Assembly: GCA_028534125.1 (NCBI GenBank) | Contig: CM052816.1 | Span: 620,001 to 684,000, forward strand | Direction: 5' to 3' | DNA: 64,000 nt | Origin: Lama glama | Lineage: Eukaryota | In this document: positions 30,709 through 43,635 of the stretch, in pieces | Numbering within the stretch: position 1 is the stretch's first letter | How the letters are laid out: the number at the start of each line of letters is the position of its first letter | The notes under the pieces: model-generated | The model's input: the letters and a program-made list of their open reading frames with translations, nothing else | Databases searched by the model: none | What the model was told of the DNA's origin: nothing | Made by a program: the position numbers and the translations under genes

Positions 30709-33700
30709 GTGAGAAGACTGAGCTAGGGGAGACACAGGGAGCTTAGATGCCAGTGTTTCTGAAGAGCTGTCCGATAAATGAGGGGTTGGACTTAACTCTT
30801 TTCCCAGTGCACTTAGGCAGGAAGGGAAAACAAGTTTGTCAACAAATCATTGCAACACAGTGTGACTAGTGCCACAAGAGTTGTGTGCAGTGGGAGTACA
30901 GAGAAAGGCCGGGCCTGAGTGCCTGGGGCATGTTGCTGAAGGCTTCCCTGATGAAGTGAAGTGACAAATTGGCAGCAGATGCAGGTCAGGAGACAGTCGA
31001 ACTGTTGTTTCTTTTCCGAGTAAACAAAGGGAGATACACAACTAGTTTCTACTGTATAGCACAGGGAACTATAATTAATATCGTATAGTAACTTATGGCT
31101 AAAAAGAATATGAAAACAAATATATGTATATTTCTACATGACTGAAGTAATTGTGCTGTACACCAGAAATTGACACAACATTGTAAATTGATTATACTTA
31201 AATAAAAATATTAAAAAAAAAAAGCAAAGGGGCTGTTGGCTCGGAGATGCAGCGTGAGTGGGATGTGAGATGACTTTGAGATCAGAAGGCAGTTTTGAAT
31301 CTTTTCCCTTCTTTCATCTTCTCATCAGTGCCTCCCAGGGACATTCACATTTGTGAAAGGTGAGACTTTTCATGTCTCATAAAGGTGACATCAGGCTTAG
31401 GCCTCTGAGGAAATCTGATGTGTTCAGAGACATGTATGAGCTGTGGTCAGTCCTTCATAATACAGATTTCTGGCTCTGAGGATGTTGGGTCTATCGGATG
31501 AATGGAAGAGCTGATTTATTGTTTTGGAGCATTAATTGGCTAGTTGGTAGAGGGGCAGAACTTTGTGAAGGAGACCTGGGAGCAGTGGGTGAGGACAGGC
31601 ACCACGTGGAGTAGATACATGGCCAGCTGAGCTGGATTGCAGTTTCCAGGCGGCAACAGAGAAGGGCTCCCTGGAGAAGCTGCTTCGGCAGGTGAAGGTC
31701 AGGATGGTCCTGGGCATTTGGGGCCTGAGCCTGCCATTTGGTATGGTAGCATCTCCAGGATTCTGACATGGAGGTGGCTCACGCCTCTGTAGGTGAGGAG
31801 GAGTGTCCCAGGGCTCACATTCCCAGGCTTCTCTGTCAACAGACCTTTATTAGAGTACTTCAGTGAGTCAAGAAGAAATCAAAGCTGGTTCTAGCATCCT
31901 TCCTGCCCTCTCATGGTTGGGGTTCCCAGGATGTGTGTGGGGAAGCTGTGTCCATGTTTACAGTGGAGCAGTGGTGAACTATTTGTTTGCTGGCATGAGT
32001 CAGTAATTTATTTCTGCTGTGTTTCATGGGCATTACATTGAAAACAGCTCAGTTTCTCCTGCTGGTACTGTAGATTCTTCGTACACCAAGGAAACAAGTT
32101 GTAGTGAAAAAAGCCTTGGGCTGAGATTCAAGCAGCCTCTAGTCCAATGATGTGATTTTCATGCAAGTTACATAACCTTTCCGAGCCTCAGTTTCTTTAT
32201 CTGTAAAGTGAACGGTTAGTCTAGCTAATTTGCACAGCTCCTTCCCGCTCTGATTCTTTTCTTTCACAAGCTCCCTTTTCCTGTCTCTTGGTGGAAGTTT
32301 GTAGGTCACACTTTGGGAAAGAGACCCCTGCATGTCAGGGAGGAGGGCTTTGTTGAAGCCCTTCACACACTTCCCTGCAGCATTCATTGCCCCACTCCAG
32401 AGGAGAATCCACTCCCGCTTCTTTGCTCAGTCTCTCCTGCTCCTGCATATTTTTCCAGTGCCCACACAGGCAAAGGTGGTAGGATGAAAAGGCACCCTCG
32501 TGCTGCGGTGTCCAATAAAGTAGCCGCCAGCCGCGTGTGGATAACTTAAATAAAATCAATTACGATTAAATAAAAAGCAAAAGTGCCTTTCCCCAGGTGC
32601 TGTTGGCAGTGCACAAGCAGAACATCTCTGTCCCCGTAGACAGTTGTCTGGTGTGAGCTCTGAGGGCCAGAGAATGCTGAGCAGGAGAAAGATTCACCCG
32701 GCCGTCAGTGACCTTGCAGTGTTACTGGAACGGGCGGGGTGTGGGGGGAGGTAGGCAGACCCTAGTCTCTTGCTAAACTGGGAGACACATTGTGGAGTGT
32801 TGTGGGTTATGTAGGGAGGCAAAGTCTTGCAGAGGCCTCCCTCATTGATGAAGCTGGGCTGGGCCAGTGCTCTGTTCTCAGCAGGGTTTCAGCGTCTCCC
32901 TGCTGCGTGAGAGAGCCAGCCTTGTGTGAGGGGCACCCTTCATGGAGGAGGCCGGTGGCATTTGGATCTTCTGGGTTTGGGCTCTTCTGGATGAGGGAAA
33001 GATAGAGGTGTGTGTCTGGAGGTCCCTTTTAGTGTTGACAGTGTACAGGATCATGTTATCCTGGTACTGCGTTTCAGAACTTTGGATCAGTGCATACAGT
33101 GGGTCTCTACCCACAGCTCCATCAGAACCTCCTGGGGCTTGAAAAACACCCATTCCTGAGCCGTGCCAGACTTGTGAATTCTCCTTCTGGGTGGGGCGAG
33201 AAGTGGTTCTAACATGCAGCCTGGGTGAGTCCGCTGAGCTGGAGATACCCTGTTCAGGTATTTTCTGGAACGGCCAGAAATGGTCCCTTAGGGTGAGGCT
33301 CTTTCTGACGTGGGAAGTGGGGATTCTTGGCAGGCAGGCAGCTTGTGCCCCCCATTGTCTGGTGGGATCCCTGTTGAAGCTGGAGGGAAGCCAGGCCTGC
33401 CCGGAGTGTGCTGTCTGCCAGGGAAGTCAACTGAATGTGACTGTGTCTTGAAATGGACATACTCTCTGAGGCCTCCAGGCTGGTCCTCAGTTTTCTGAGA
33501 GCTCCAGGGTCCCAGGGGCAGGAAGGAGTGGAGGAGGGCAGTAATAGGAGGGGCCTGGTTCTCCTCCCCTGTGACTTCTCGGGCCTCTTTGTGATGGGCA
33601 CGTTCTTTCCCCAAGTAAGTGGATGCGTCCACTGACCTCCTCCTCCTCACACTCTTCAGGGTGACTTTGTGACTTCTGCCAAAGTGTCAGTTTAGCTTTT

Positions 33701-36700
33701 GCAGGGCGGTTGTTTTTACCTTATTTCTGCGTCTTCGGGTCATGGATCTCACCCTGGCCCTGCTGACTGACTGTGGGCTTGAGTTTTGTGTTTGTTTTTT
33801 TAATTGAGGTATAGTTGATTTACAGTATTACCTAAGTTGTTTCAGGTGTACAATGTAGTGGTTCACAGTTTTTAAAGATGATACTCCGTTTTGGGCGTGA
33901 GTATTTTAGTGGCCTGCCCGAGGTGGGCAGGAGCGTCTCTAGCCTGAGCACCCATGCCTTTGGCTCCATGGCCTGGTGTCCTGGGAATGTGCCTGGTCTG
34001 CTCCGGGAAGGTCACCCTCCCTGCTGGCTGCAGGCTTTCTGATGGATGATGCACGCTGACTCAGACCTCATCCTTCTCGCATTCCATCTCAGCCAGATGC
34101 CAGGAGTCCCTGGTGGAGCAGACCAAATGGAATGTGGCACCAACAGCCTAGAACAGAGCCCCGGGTGCTTGCTGGCTTCCTGCTCTGCTTTGTCCTGGGT
34201 CTGCCCCAGCCTGGCTGCTCCCACCCTGGCCTCCAGCCTGCTCTGCTCGCCCGTCTCCTTGTCTTGTTAGAAAGAGCTTTGTGACTCTGAAGGGGCAGAC
34301 CTCAGAGTCAACAAAAGGCTTTTTTTCATTGCTGGAGGTGCTTCGCAGGTATGAGTTTCTGTATGGAAAGACGTGCCTGCTTCTGTGGGCCCACAGCCAG
34401 AGCCTTTCACATTCATTTTCCAGTGAGGATGACTTGCATCGAGCTGTTCACTCCTCTAATGATCTTGTCAGGGTCTGGGAGCCCTTTGGGCTGTGGAACC
34501 AAGTGGGCTCCAGGCTTGGACCTTGGTTCACCCACAGGAATACTGCAGCGTGCCCTCCGCCCACCTCCTTCTCTTCTCCCTCACAATTAGTGCTTTCCTA
34601 CCAGGGCTGTGGTTCTCCTCGATGGTGGTACTGATGTCTTTGAGACAGCCATTCACGGGCATCCTTAGTCCTAGGAGGGTGGTCACCAGTATCAGGAGGG
34701 CCAGATAAAAGGTCAGGTCCTAGATCCAGTCCCACTTCTGTCTCTGATTCCCTGTCTTACTGTTTCCTGTCTGTCAAATGTGAATAAGCTGAGAAAGAAT
34801 ATTCCATTGGGAGCTGCTGAAAGAACTGGTCACCTCCTCTCTTTGATTGTCTGAAACCCCCTGTGAGCCACGTTCAGCCCCAGAAGGCTGGGCCCACAGA
34901 GGGAGGACTGCCCCTCACCCTGACAGGAATTGCTTTTTCTGAGGGCCCTTTGTGGCGATCTCATCAGATGAAGGTGACATCCTTGTTAGGACAGCACTGT
35001 GAAACGCAGCGCTTTGTGTGTTGGGGGGTGTTGGCACTGCCCTCGGGCTTCCTCTGGCGTCTTCTGAGCCTTGGAGGCTGCTCGTGGTTCCACAGTGGCT
35101 TGCTGTTGCTTTATGAGCACTGGGTTGTGTGGGTTGTGTGGCTGATCACATTGCCCATGTGCAGCAACTTGCCTGCACTTAAGTATTTTTTTTTAAATTG
35201 AGGTATAGTTAATTTATGTTATTACGTGAGTTTTGGAAGCCACACGCCACTGTCCCAAGTTGAGGTGTGCCCTAAAGTCAGATGCACGTGGGATTTCAAA
35301 GGCATAGTTAAAAAAAAAGAATGTAGAAATGTTGGTCGTAATTATTTTATGTTGCTATAACATGTTGAAATTACGATATTTTGGATATATTGGGTTAAAT
35401 GAAATGTGTTATTGCAGGCTCATCTCTTTGGTTTTGCTTTTTTAAAAAAAATATGGCATCTAGAGAACTACAGATTCCATAGGAGGCTCATAATATATTT
35501 CTGTTGGACAGCTCTGCTCTGGCAAGTTGAGAGCCACATTTGTGGCCCTCCCTGAGGCAGTGTCTGCACTGCTGTGGTATGTGTATTCTCCTGTCTTTCT
35601 TCCTGGTTTTGTTATTTGTTTCTTCCATTGTGTTCCACCTCTTACTGTAATTAGGGTGAATAACTTGGTTTTTTGGATCCTTACTTGCTGACTCAGATCT
35701 TTTAGAGCTTGAACTGGGATACAGAAAGAAAAAAATGACTGAAGGGGGATCAGACACCGGGTGGTTGGGAGGGCCAGATGCCGTGTGCGGGAGCAGTGTG
35801 GCCCACTGCCAAGTGCAGGTCGCGCCTGGGCCAGGGGCAGCAGGCAGACAGACACCAGGCTGGCTGCCGCTGGCCTGTGCGTGGGCTGCAGGGCTCCGGG
35901 AGGGGAATCCTGTAGCTGGGCACTGGGCGTTTCTCTGGGCATTGCTCCTCCTCAGGATTGTCCTCGGCTCCCTGGCCTCCAGGAACTTGACTGAGGGGAG
36001 GGGAAGGGAGGCGATTCAAGGCTGTGCCCTCCCTGCCCTCTGCCTTGACACTGAAGGGCCCTGGGAGATTCTGTCGCTGCTTTTGCCAGCCCTGGGGCCG
36101 CTGGGGCCCTCAGGCCAGCACGCCTGGTGACTTCCTCCTGAGGCTCTCCCTCCCTCCCACAGGATCTGCTGTGTGGGGACCTGGGGTCGCTGTCACCACT
36201 GCCCAAGCAGGCCTGGAGGCTCTAATCTTAACCTGAATTGTCCACACAGTCCTTATGATTCTGCGTCCTGTATTTCCCTGGGATCTGCCCTCCTCTCTCC
36301 CACCTACAGATGGCCTCCACTTTTGTCTCCCTGTCTCCTTGTCTCCAAGCTTTCTCTGCATGGCCCAGGTCGGCCTTCCTAAAGCGCAGACCAGGTGGCG
36401 CCCGGCTCTGAGGGGTTCCCTCTGCCACTGGGACAAGCCCTAGTATCCTCTCCCCTGTGCCTCAGCCTCTCCGGCTGCTCACCTCACAGCCTGCCTGCCT
36501 GAGCACCTTCTCTCCTGTTGATCCCCAGTTCCTGCCATGCCCACCCCTCACATGGTCCTTCACGCCCCGGAGGGCCTGTGGCTGCGAGCTGCCACCTCTC
36601 TGTGTTCTGAATTCTCAGGCCTCATGGTGCTGAGCTGTGCTAAGTGTGTGGTACATGTGTGCTGAGCGGGGTCTTGTCCTCTCTGGGTCAGAGACTTCGG

Positions 36701-39700
36701 TCTGAGGAGACTCTTGGCTGGGGAGTGAGGAGGAGGTGGTGCAGTCTGATGGAGAGACACAGGCTTGTTGCCACTTCACTACGTGTGTACGTGTGTTCAC
36801 TGTCTGAACCTCAGTCTTCTTATCTTTAAAATGGGGGCTTTTACTTCCTGATACAGAGGTGGAGTTGTGAGGATCACAGGAGGCTGTATCTTAGGTCTCT
36901 GACAAGGAGGCACTTGACAGTGACCTTCTCCCCTGTCTGTCCCCCTCCCTGGTCAGCTGGGCCTTCCGTCTGTGCACTGTGCTCCTACCCCGCCTGGTTC
37001 GTGGGAGGCTGCTTACCTCCACCTGCTCTAACTTGCTGCCCCTCTCTGTGGCAGGAGGAGCTGGAGCATCTGAACCAGGCCAGTGAGGAGATCAACCAGG
37101 TGGAGCTGCAGCTGGATGTGAGTGCTGGCTCCTTTTCTTCATCCCTTGGGTTGGCTCTGGAGTTCATATGCCTCCTCTTCCTGTCCAGCAGCTGGGGAAG
37201 GGGCGTATATGAGAGATAAGAGGGGCTGGGACCCACATGCGTGATCCCCTCTGCCCACATCCCTCTCCTTGTGCCAGGAGGCCAGGACCACCTACCGGAG
37301 GATCCTGCAGGAGTCGGCGAGGAAGCTCAACACACAGGGCTCCCACCTGGGGAGCTGCATCGAGAAGGCCCGGCCTTACTACGAGGCTCGGCGGCTGGCT
37401 AAGGAGGTACTTACTGCCCGCTGACCCACCTCCCGGGGGGCTGCGTGCAGAGCCGGGCCCCACACCCTAATCTCTGTGTGGGGTGTGAGACGGAACACCT
37501 TTTCTAATGTCTTTTCTCCCTTCTCTTCCCTGTGGTTCATGTATCTATTCTCTTGGCTTACCTCTCCACTCCTTGACCCTTCCTCCTTTATTGTTTTCTT
37601 TACACAAGTGATGTCAGTTCACTGTTGCAAGACTGTAACTGTAACCTGTAACTATAAAACAAGAGAACCAGAATCTCCCCAAATCCTGCTATGTCTATGC
37701 TTCATGATTTTTGTACCTGGGACTTGTGTTAGTCAAGTATGGTGAGGCGGCAGACACAGACAACTGCTTTGAAAGAAGAGCCTATTACTTACATCTCCTA
37801 AGGAGAAAGGACAGTCCGCATCGTTCAGGGCTGCGTGGGGAAGCGCCTGGGCCGGCGAGGAGGCAGCAAGCCTGCGGGGAACGCTCGGCCCAGAGCTTTT
37901 ATCGTAGACCTTTACTGTGGTTGGTTTCCACGGGAAGGAATGGGTAAAGCAGTGTAGGCTAGTTTGAAACTAGTGGGCTCTGGGCTAGAGGGATGTTCTC
38001 TCCAGTTTTCTGGTACGTGGCCCTCTGGTGATTTAGGGCAGGGGAAACACGGGCTTGCTGTGTGAGTGTTAGATAAAAGCGGCTGGAAGCGAAGGTCTCC
38101 AGAAGACCAAAGAATACAGGAAACACTCAAAATGCCTTGAACTTGACAAGCTTGTTCCTGGGTGTATTTGCCTCGCCCACTCTTCCCCTTGGCCTGAAAC
38201 TCGCATCCTTGGTGTGGGCTTTGGATTGGTTGATTTGCACATGAAAGGTTTGCTCGCAGGAGTTCACCGTCTCTGGGAGTTAGCTCGCCCTCGGAGGACC
38301 AGCATGGCTTCCAAGGTGTCAAAGCATCATCAAATATAGAAAGTAAAAAATGTGGTTAATACAGCACAGATAACCCCTTAACTTTTTTTTTTTGGTATAT
38401 ATTTCTGCCAAAACAGGATAACATGCACTATTTTTATTCCTTTATTTTCCTTACAACGTGGTTTCATGTCAGTCAGTATCATCCATGCCATTATTTTTAA
38501 GGGCTGTTTAATATTTCCTTATATTAGGTGTATTGTTATTTTTTTAGCCAGTTCTCTGTAACTGAGAACTCAAGTTGGTGAGTTTCATTCACTTACCTGC
38601 TGGACTGGAGTGGATTGTATCAATCAGCAACTAAGCACCTTCCCGCTGAAGTGGTGTGGATTTTTCTTCTCTCCAGGGCAAAAGGCCAGCAGCCTTTGAT
38701 GGTGCTGGATTTTACACACTCAGCCTCCTTTGGCAGTACCCTTCTCTATGTACCCGTATCTCTTCTCTTAGCTATATCCTTACAAAATATTCTTTGTAGA
38801 GTTTTACTTTCTTGGCACTTATCCTTGGTGCAGTTTGGGAAGTAAAGCCAGCGTTGCAGTGGGCCTTCCTCCTTCTCTTGTCCTTGCCCAGGGTTGGTCT
38901 CCATAGGCAGTCAGGGGTCTCTTGTGGGGCTCCCTGTCCTGACGACCCTTTTCCCCTAGGCCCAGCAGGAGACACAGAAGGCAGCGCTGCGGTACGAGCG
39001 GGCCGTGAGCATGCACAACGCTGCCCGGGAGATGGTGTTTGTGGCCGAGCAGGGTGTCATGGCTGACAAGAACCGGCTGGACCCCACGTGGCAGGAGATG
39101 CTCAACCACGCCACCTGCAAGGTGAGCTAGGCAGTGCCAGCGGGTCCCCTCTGCTGGTTCCGGCACTTTCTTTGTCATCCCTTCATCTTTTCTCACTCTC
39201 TCCTGCAGCCTTCCCTCAGCTTTGATTCGGTTTTAGGGAAAACCTGTTAGCTCTTTGCCCATTTTTGGCGTCCAGTGTGTCCCATGTACATTTCCTTCTG
39301 ACTTAGGATGTCTTTCTGGGCTCTTCTTGAACCTTTGCTTCCAGATGTGGGACTAACCCAGCGGTTCATTCCTACTGAATGCTCTGGATTCAGTGCCTTT
39401 GTTACGTTTAGCTGTGACCCGTCACTTCTGTTTTTCAGAATGTTCTCCCTTTCTCGCTTCTGAGCTCTGCCGTTAGACCTTGATTTTTGAAGTGTAACTT
39501 GTATATCACTTCCGAGCTGCCCTGTGGGGGACCAGGGAGCAGGAGGGCCCTTGGCATCCGCTCCAGCCTGCCACCTTCACCTCGTAAAGGGCAAGTGTCT
39601 TAGTCTTTTAGGGCCGTCACAACCCCACAGTGAGGCTGGGCAGCTTACACCACACACGTCCATGTCTCTAACGTCAAGGCATAGGCAGATGTGGCGTCTG

Positions 39701-41788
39701 CTGAGGGCTTGCCTCCCGGCTCCTAGACAGCCAGCTGTCTGGTCACTGTCTTCCCACATGGCTGACGGGGCTAGGGAGCTCTCCAGGGGCTCTTTCATAA
39801 GGAAACTAATTCCATTCGTGAGCTTTCTCCCCTCATGACCCCATCACGTCTCAGAGGGCCCACCTCCACTGCCATCACCTCAGGGGTTAGGATTTCCATG
39901 CTAGAATTTTGGGGGCCACAGGCGTTAAGTCCTTGGCAGTAAGTGTCAGCCTCTGAGGAGTGGTCCTGTCTCAAGGCTCTTTGTGTGCCCCTTAGTTCAG
40001 GCCCATGGCCTTGCCCAAAGCAGGAGCTCCGCTTCCACTTGGAGCTTGCACAGAGGGACGACACAGCACTGGGGGAGGGGTTGTCCAGGCTGCGTGGGGC
40101 AGGATGTGGTGCGGCTCTAGCGCGCATCTGCCCAGGGTATGGTGAGGCCAGCTCCTTGGTCCTGGTGGATGTGGTGGCTGGAGCCTTTGCCTGCTGCCTG
40201 CTCAGGCACGGACGTCTGGAGAGCGCAGTGCTGAGCGGTGGCTCCCCACAGCGAGGCTCTCCCCTTCCCCCAGCCCCAGCCCCCAGCACTGAGGGAACTC
40301 TGAGGACCGTGGCTGTGGCACGGGTGCTCACAGACGGACATTCCCTACACGCTCACGAGTGGTCCAGAGGGCCCCCGCACCTCCTGGTGGCAGTAAGGCT
40401 GAGAGGTGGGTGGTGCAGGTAACAACAGGCAGGTATAAGAACTCACTGTTCTCTTTTGTGTCTCGGGAGCTCGCTGCCCTCTCCGGGCTCTGCAGACAGT
40501 GGGGGATTCCTGCCAATGTAACATTCGGAGTGGCAGCCTGGGACAGACTATAGGGGCTGGAGTGTGGGTCCGAGCTCAGTGATGTGAGTCCTCTACCCTA
40601 ACTGGGCCAGGTGAACGAAGCAGAGGAGGAGCGGCTTCGTGGTGAGCGGGAGCACCAGCGGGTGACGCGGCTGTGCCAGCAGGCTGAGGCCCGGGTTCAG
40701 GCCCTGCAGAAGACCCTCCGGCGCGCCATTGGCAAGAGCCGCCCCTACTTTGAGCTCAAGGCCCAGTTCAGCCAGATCCTGGAGGTAGCTGAGTGGGGGC
40801 AGAGGGTTGGGTGGACAGCTGGGGAGGGACAAGCATAGAAAGGGAGGCACGGGTCTGCTGCTCTGGGCTATGCCCCAGGCCAGTGTGGTGGGGCGGGTGG
40901 TGGCGCAAGAGCTCAGAATGACCCTGCGGGAGTGGGATGTGGGATGATGGGGAGGGTGGATGCTGGCGGAGAAGGGAAGTAAAGGGGAAGAAGTGAGAAT
41001 TGGGGGGGAACAGGGAAGAGGAAAAGGAACAGTGGGGAGAGGAGGGGGAGTGGGTGGGAATGAAGACCTGGGAAGAAGGCCCTGGAAGGTCAGGCAGGAG
41101 CAGGGCAGGTCGGTGGGGAAGGAGGACCTGAGAAGGAGGAGTGAAGAGGGACTGGGTGTGGCCTTTGGAGCCCTGCGGATTGGTGACTGGTGGTGCGCAG
41201 GGTCGGGCCGGACCTGGCAGAGGCGCAGGATGCTGAGTGCAGCTGCCAGGACTCGGCATCCCTGGGGGCCTCGGAGAGTTGTCCAGAAGATTCCCCCCTC
41301 TGTCCCTCCCTCTGCAGGAGCACAAGGCCAAGGTGACAGAGCTGGAGCAGCAGGTGGCCCAGGCTAAGACCCGCTACTCCGTCGCCCTGCGCAACCTGGA
41401 GCAGATCAGCGAGCAGATTCATGCGCGGCGCCGGGGCCAGCCCGCGCATCCCGCGGGCCAGCGGCGCTCCTCCCCCGTCGGGGCCGAGGCCGGGCCCGAT
41501 GCTGGCGAGGATGGGGACAGCGGGATCATCGAGGGGGCCGAGGGCGGGGGTTTGGAGGAGGGCGTCAGCCTGGGGCCTGGGCCTGCGCGCGACACGGACA
41601 CTCTGAGCCTGCTGAGCCTGCGCACGGTGGCCTCGGACCTGCAGAAGTGCGACTCGGTAGAGCACCTGCGGGGCCTCTCCGACCACACCAGTCTGGACGG
41701 CCAGGAGCTGGGTTCCCGGGGCGGGGGTCGCCGGGGCAGTGACGGCGCAGGCCGCGGGGGCCGTCACCAGCGCAGTGTCAGCCTGTAG
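30526..41788 (+). CDS. SH3BP5L: SH3 domain-binding protein 5-like; join(30526-30708,37055-37117,37278-37406,38960-39121,40611-40784,41318-41788); 1182 nt, 393 aa
   Basis: All phase-0 GT-AG introns give MAELRQVPGGRETPQGELRPEV...LDPRIQEELEHLNQASEEINQVELQLDEARTTYRRILQES...MLNHATCKVNEAEEERLR...RPYFELKAQFSQILEEHKAKV...RHQRSVSL*; SH3BP5/Sab coiled-coil family. Confidence 0.97.
31031..31222 (+). mobile_element. Short L1 3'UTR insertion in a SH3BP5L intron
   Basis: ctactgtatagcacagggaact...caccagaaattgacacaacattgtaaa plus poly(A); approximate TSD aa(a/g)caaaggg. Confidence 0.8.
35235..35520. mobile_element. hAT-Charlie MITE (MER33-like)
   Basis: Similar to 16226-16525: gatttcaaag...catgttgaaattacgatattttggatatattgggttaaat...tttctgttggacagc. 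Confidence 0.65.
37055..37117 (+). CDS. SH3BP5L: SH3BP5L exon (EELEHLNQASEEINQVELQLD)
   Basis: tggcag|gag...gat|gtgagt. Confidence 0.95.
37278..37406 (+). CDS. SH3BP5L: SH3BP5L exon (EARTTYRR...RRLAKE)
   Basis: tgccag|gag...gag|gtactt. Confidence 0.95.
37725..38361 (-). mobile_element. Solo LTR, probably ERVL class, in a SH3BP5L intron
   Basis: TG...CA bounded (tgtgttagtc ... ggttaataca) with LTR-like text; subfamily not determined. Confidence 0.6.
38960..39121 (+). CDS. SH3BP5L: SH3BP5L exon (AQQETQKAALRYE...NHATCK)
   Basis: ccctag|gcc...aag|gtgagc. Confidence 0.95.
40611..40784 (+). CDS. SH3BP5L: SH3BP5L exon (VNEAEEERLRG...FSQILE)
   Basis: ggccag|gtg...gag|gtagct. Confidence 0.95.
41318..41788 (+). 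CDS. SH3BP5L: SH3BP5L last coding exon (EHKAKV...RSVSL*)
   Basis: ctgcag|gag; stop TAG at 41786-41788. Confidence 0.95.
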   Translation, partial: EHKAKVTELEQQVAQAKTRYSVALRNLEQISEQIHARRRGQPAHPAGQRRSSPVGAEAGPDAGEDGDSGIIEGAEGGGLEEGVSLGPGPARDTDTLSLLSLRTVASDLQKCDSVEHLRGLSDHTSLDGQELGSRGGGRRGSDGAGRGGRHQRSVSL

Positions 41789-43135
41789 CCCCCCACCCCG
41801 CTCAGGGTGGCTGGTGCGACTCTTACCACCACTGGCCCGGGGAGGGCCCTCAGGCTCCCAGCTCCCCCTCAGAGGGGTCGGCGTGGCTCTTCGTGTCTGG
41901 CTTTCCCGCGGGTGGCCCCTCTCTTTGCCTTACCCCCTCGGAAGGCTTGTCTTTGGCTCTCTCCTCCTGCTGGCTCCTCACTGTCTGTGTGATCCCCTTT
42001 GCTGTCCCCTTCTGACTTCTTCCATCTGTCTGGATTTTCCCCCCTCAGGGAAATTTATCTAGAAGGCACAGGGAAGCCATCAGAGAAGGTGGGTGCTGGA
42101 CCCGAGTCCCCGCATCTTGGTTCCCCAGCTTTCAGTGAACGGACAGGTGCCCCTCCCACCTCCCCATCTCCCAGGTGGGCCCTACGGATGCTGCTGAGCT
42201 CTCCTGGCAGCCCGCTGTCCTGGTCCTGTCCCAGCCTGCCTGTGTGTAACATGTAAGACGTGCTGTGGGACTCTCTGCCTCTGGGAGACACCACTGGTCC
42301 CTTCAGCGCTCCCTCCTCGTGACCTAAGCTGCTTTGCTATGTGTGCCTCAGAGCAGGACTTGAGGGGTACTGGGGTCAGGGAAGGTGAAACCAACCCCAG
42401 TGTCAACACAGGGGACTCCCGTGTGCATCGCGTTTCTAGGCTGGGCCCTTAACATTGCCAAGGTGCTAGCAGGTCCGTGTTGTGGGGTGGGGATGTAGTG
42501 AAGTCCCGGTGGCTGAAACCCTTGCCAGTCCTGCTGCGGGGTTAGGTTTATTTACTTTTTCTGGGTAGAGGATGCAGAGCCAAATCTCAGCACCCTCCTA
42601 CAGGGTTGGAGTTAGGGAATTTGGTGCTCAATTGCTCTCCATTGCTCTTCCCCAAACCAAACAATACCTAGTCCAGGATCCCTTAAGGGGGAATGCTCAG
42701 GTTTGGCTGTAGATCCTCTGCTGATATGGGGAGGGGCTGGCCTGGGGTGAGGGGGCTCGCCCTCCGTGGGGAGCAGCTCCAGGTGTCTGGCGGTGCTCCC
42801 ACGCTGTGTATGGGGAAAGGTAGGGGAGCTACACTGGATCTGGGTGCCTTTGGAGGACTGATCCTCCTGTCCCACGCCGGGAGGGCTGAGAGCTGGACTC
42901 TGGGCAGGAGACCTTGTGCCTAGGCCTATGAGCTGCTGCCACTGACCAGGGGAGGAGTGGGCCTTCGCATGGAAGGTGTCCCCCTGTCCCAGGGTCGAGG
43001 TAGGATGGTCATGATGAGAACCTCCAGGTTTGAGGTGGCCATGGGTGGAGGGAAGAGAGGGAGGATGTGGGCGTGCGTGCGTGCATGCATGTGCCTGTGT
43101 GTATGGGGGAAAAGGGTCTGCCCCGATTTTATTTA

Positions 43136-43141
43136 AATAAA
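43136..43141 (+). terminator. SH3BP5L: SH3BP5L polyadenylation signal AATAAA
   Basis: AATAAA ~1.35 kb after the stop, with U-rich upstream and GT/T-rich downstream sequence. Confidence 0.75.
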
Positions 43142-43484
43142 ATAGTTTATGTAACAGTAATGTTCATTGCCCCTGTTGGGAGGGAGAGGGAGAACGGCGA
43201 GGATGGAGAGCAGGGAGGAGCAGGGTGAAATGTGCTCTTCTGATGGGGGAAGTCAGGGAGGTGAAGGATGAGATGGACCAAACCCAGGGAGGGAAGGCTT
43301 ATGGCCATGGTGCTGGGATGAGCACACACCAGGTCACCGGTGCCCTGCAAATCCCCTCCCCACCGGCTTACTAGCCAGGAAGGCTCCGCAGCGTGGAGAG
43401 GATGTCAGCCACTGGTGGTGCAGAAGGCATCGGGGTGCCAATCCTGGATGTGAGTATGAGGAAAGGGGAGGGACGTACATCATA

Positions 43485-43635
43485 AGGGTGTGGGATTTAG
43501 CGAATAAATACACAGGATGCTCAGGTAAACTTAGATTTCAGATAGTATTTTTACACCCCACCCCCACCCCCCGGGAATGTTTAGGACATACTTACACCAA
43601 GTTGTTGTCTATCTGAAGTTAAAATTCAACATAGG
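43485..43635. mobile_element. MER53-like palindromic DNA element
   Basis: agggtgtgggatttagcgaataaatacacaggatgc...atttcagata / tatctgaagttaaaattcaac inverted arms. Confidence 0.65.

Noticed and set aside
43485..43635. MER53-derived miRNA hairpin
   Set aside because: Arms are diverged, one is truncated, and the centre is replaced by a C-rich run, so a stable precursor is unlikely.
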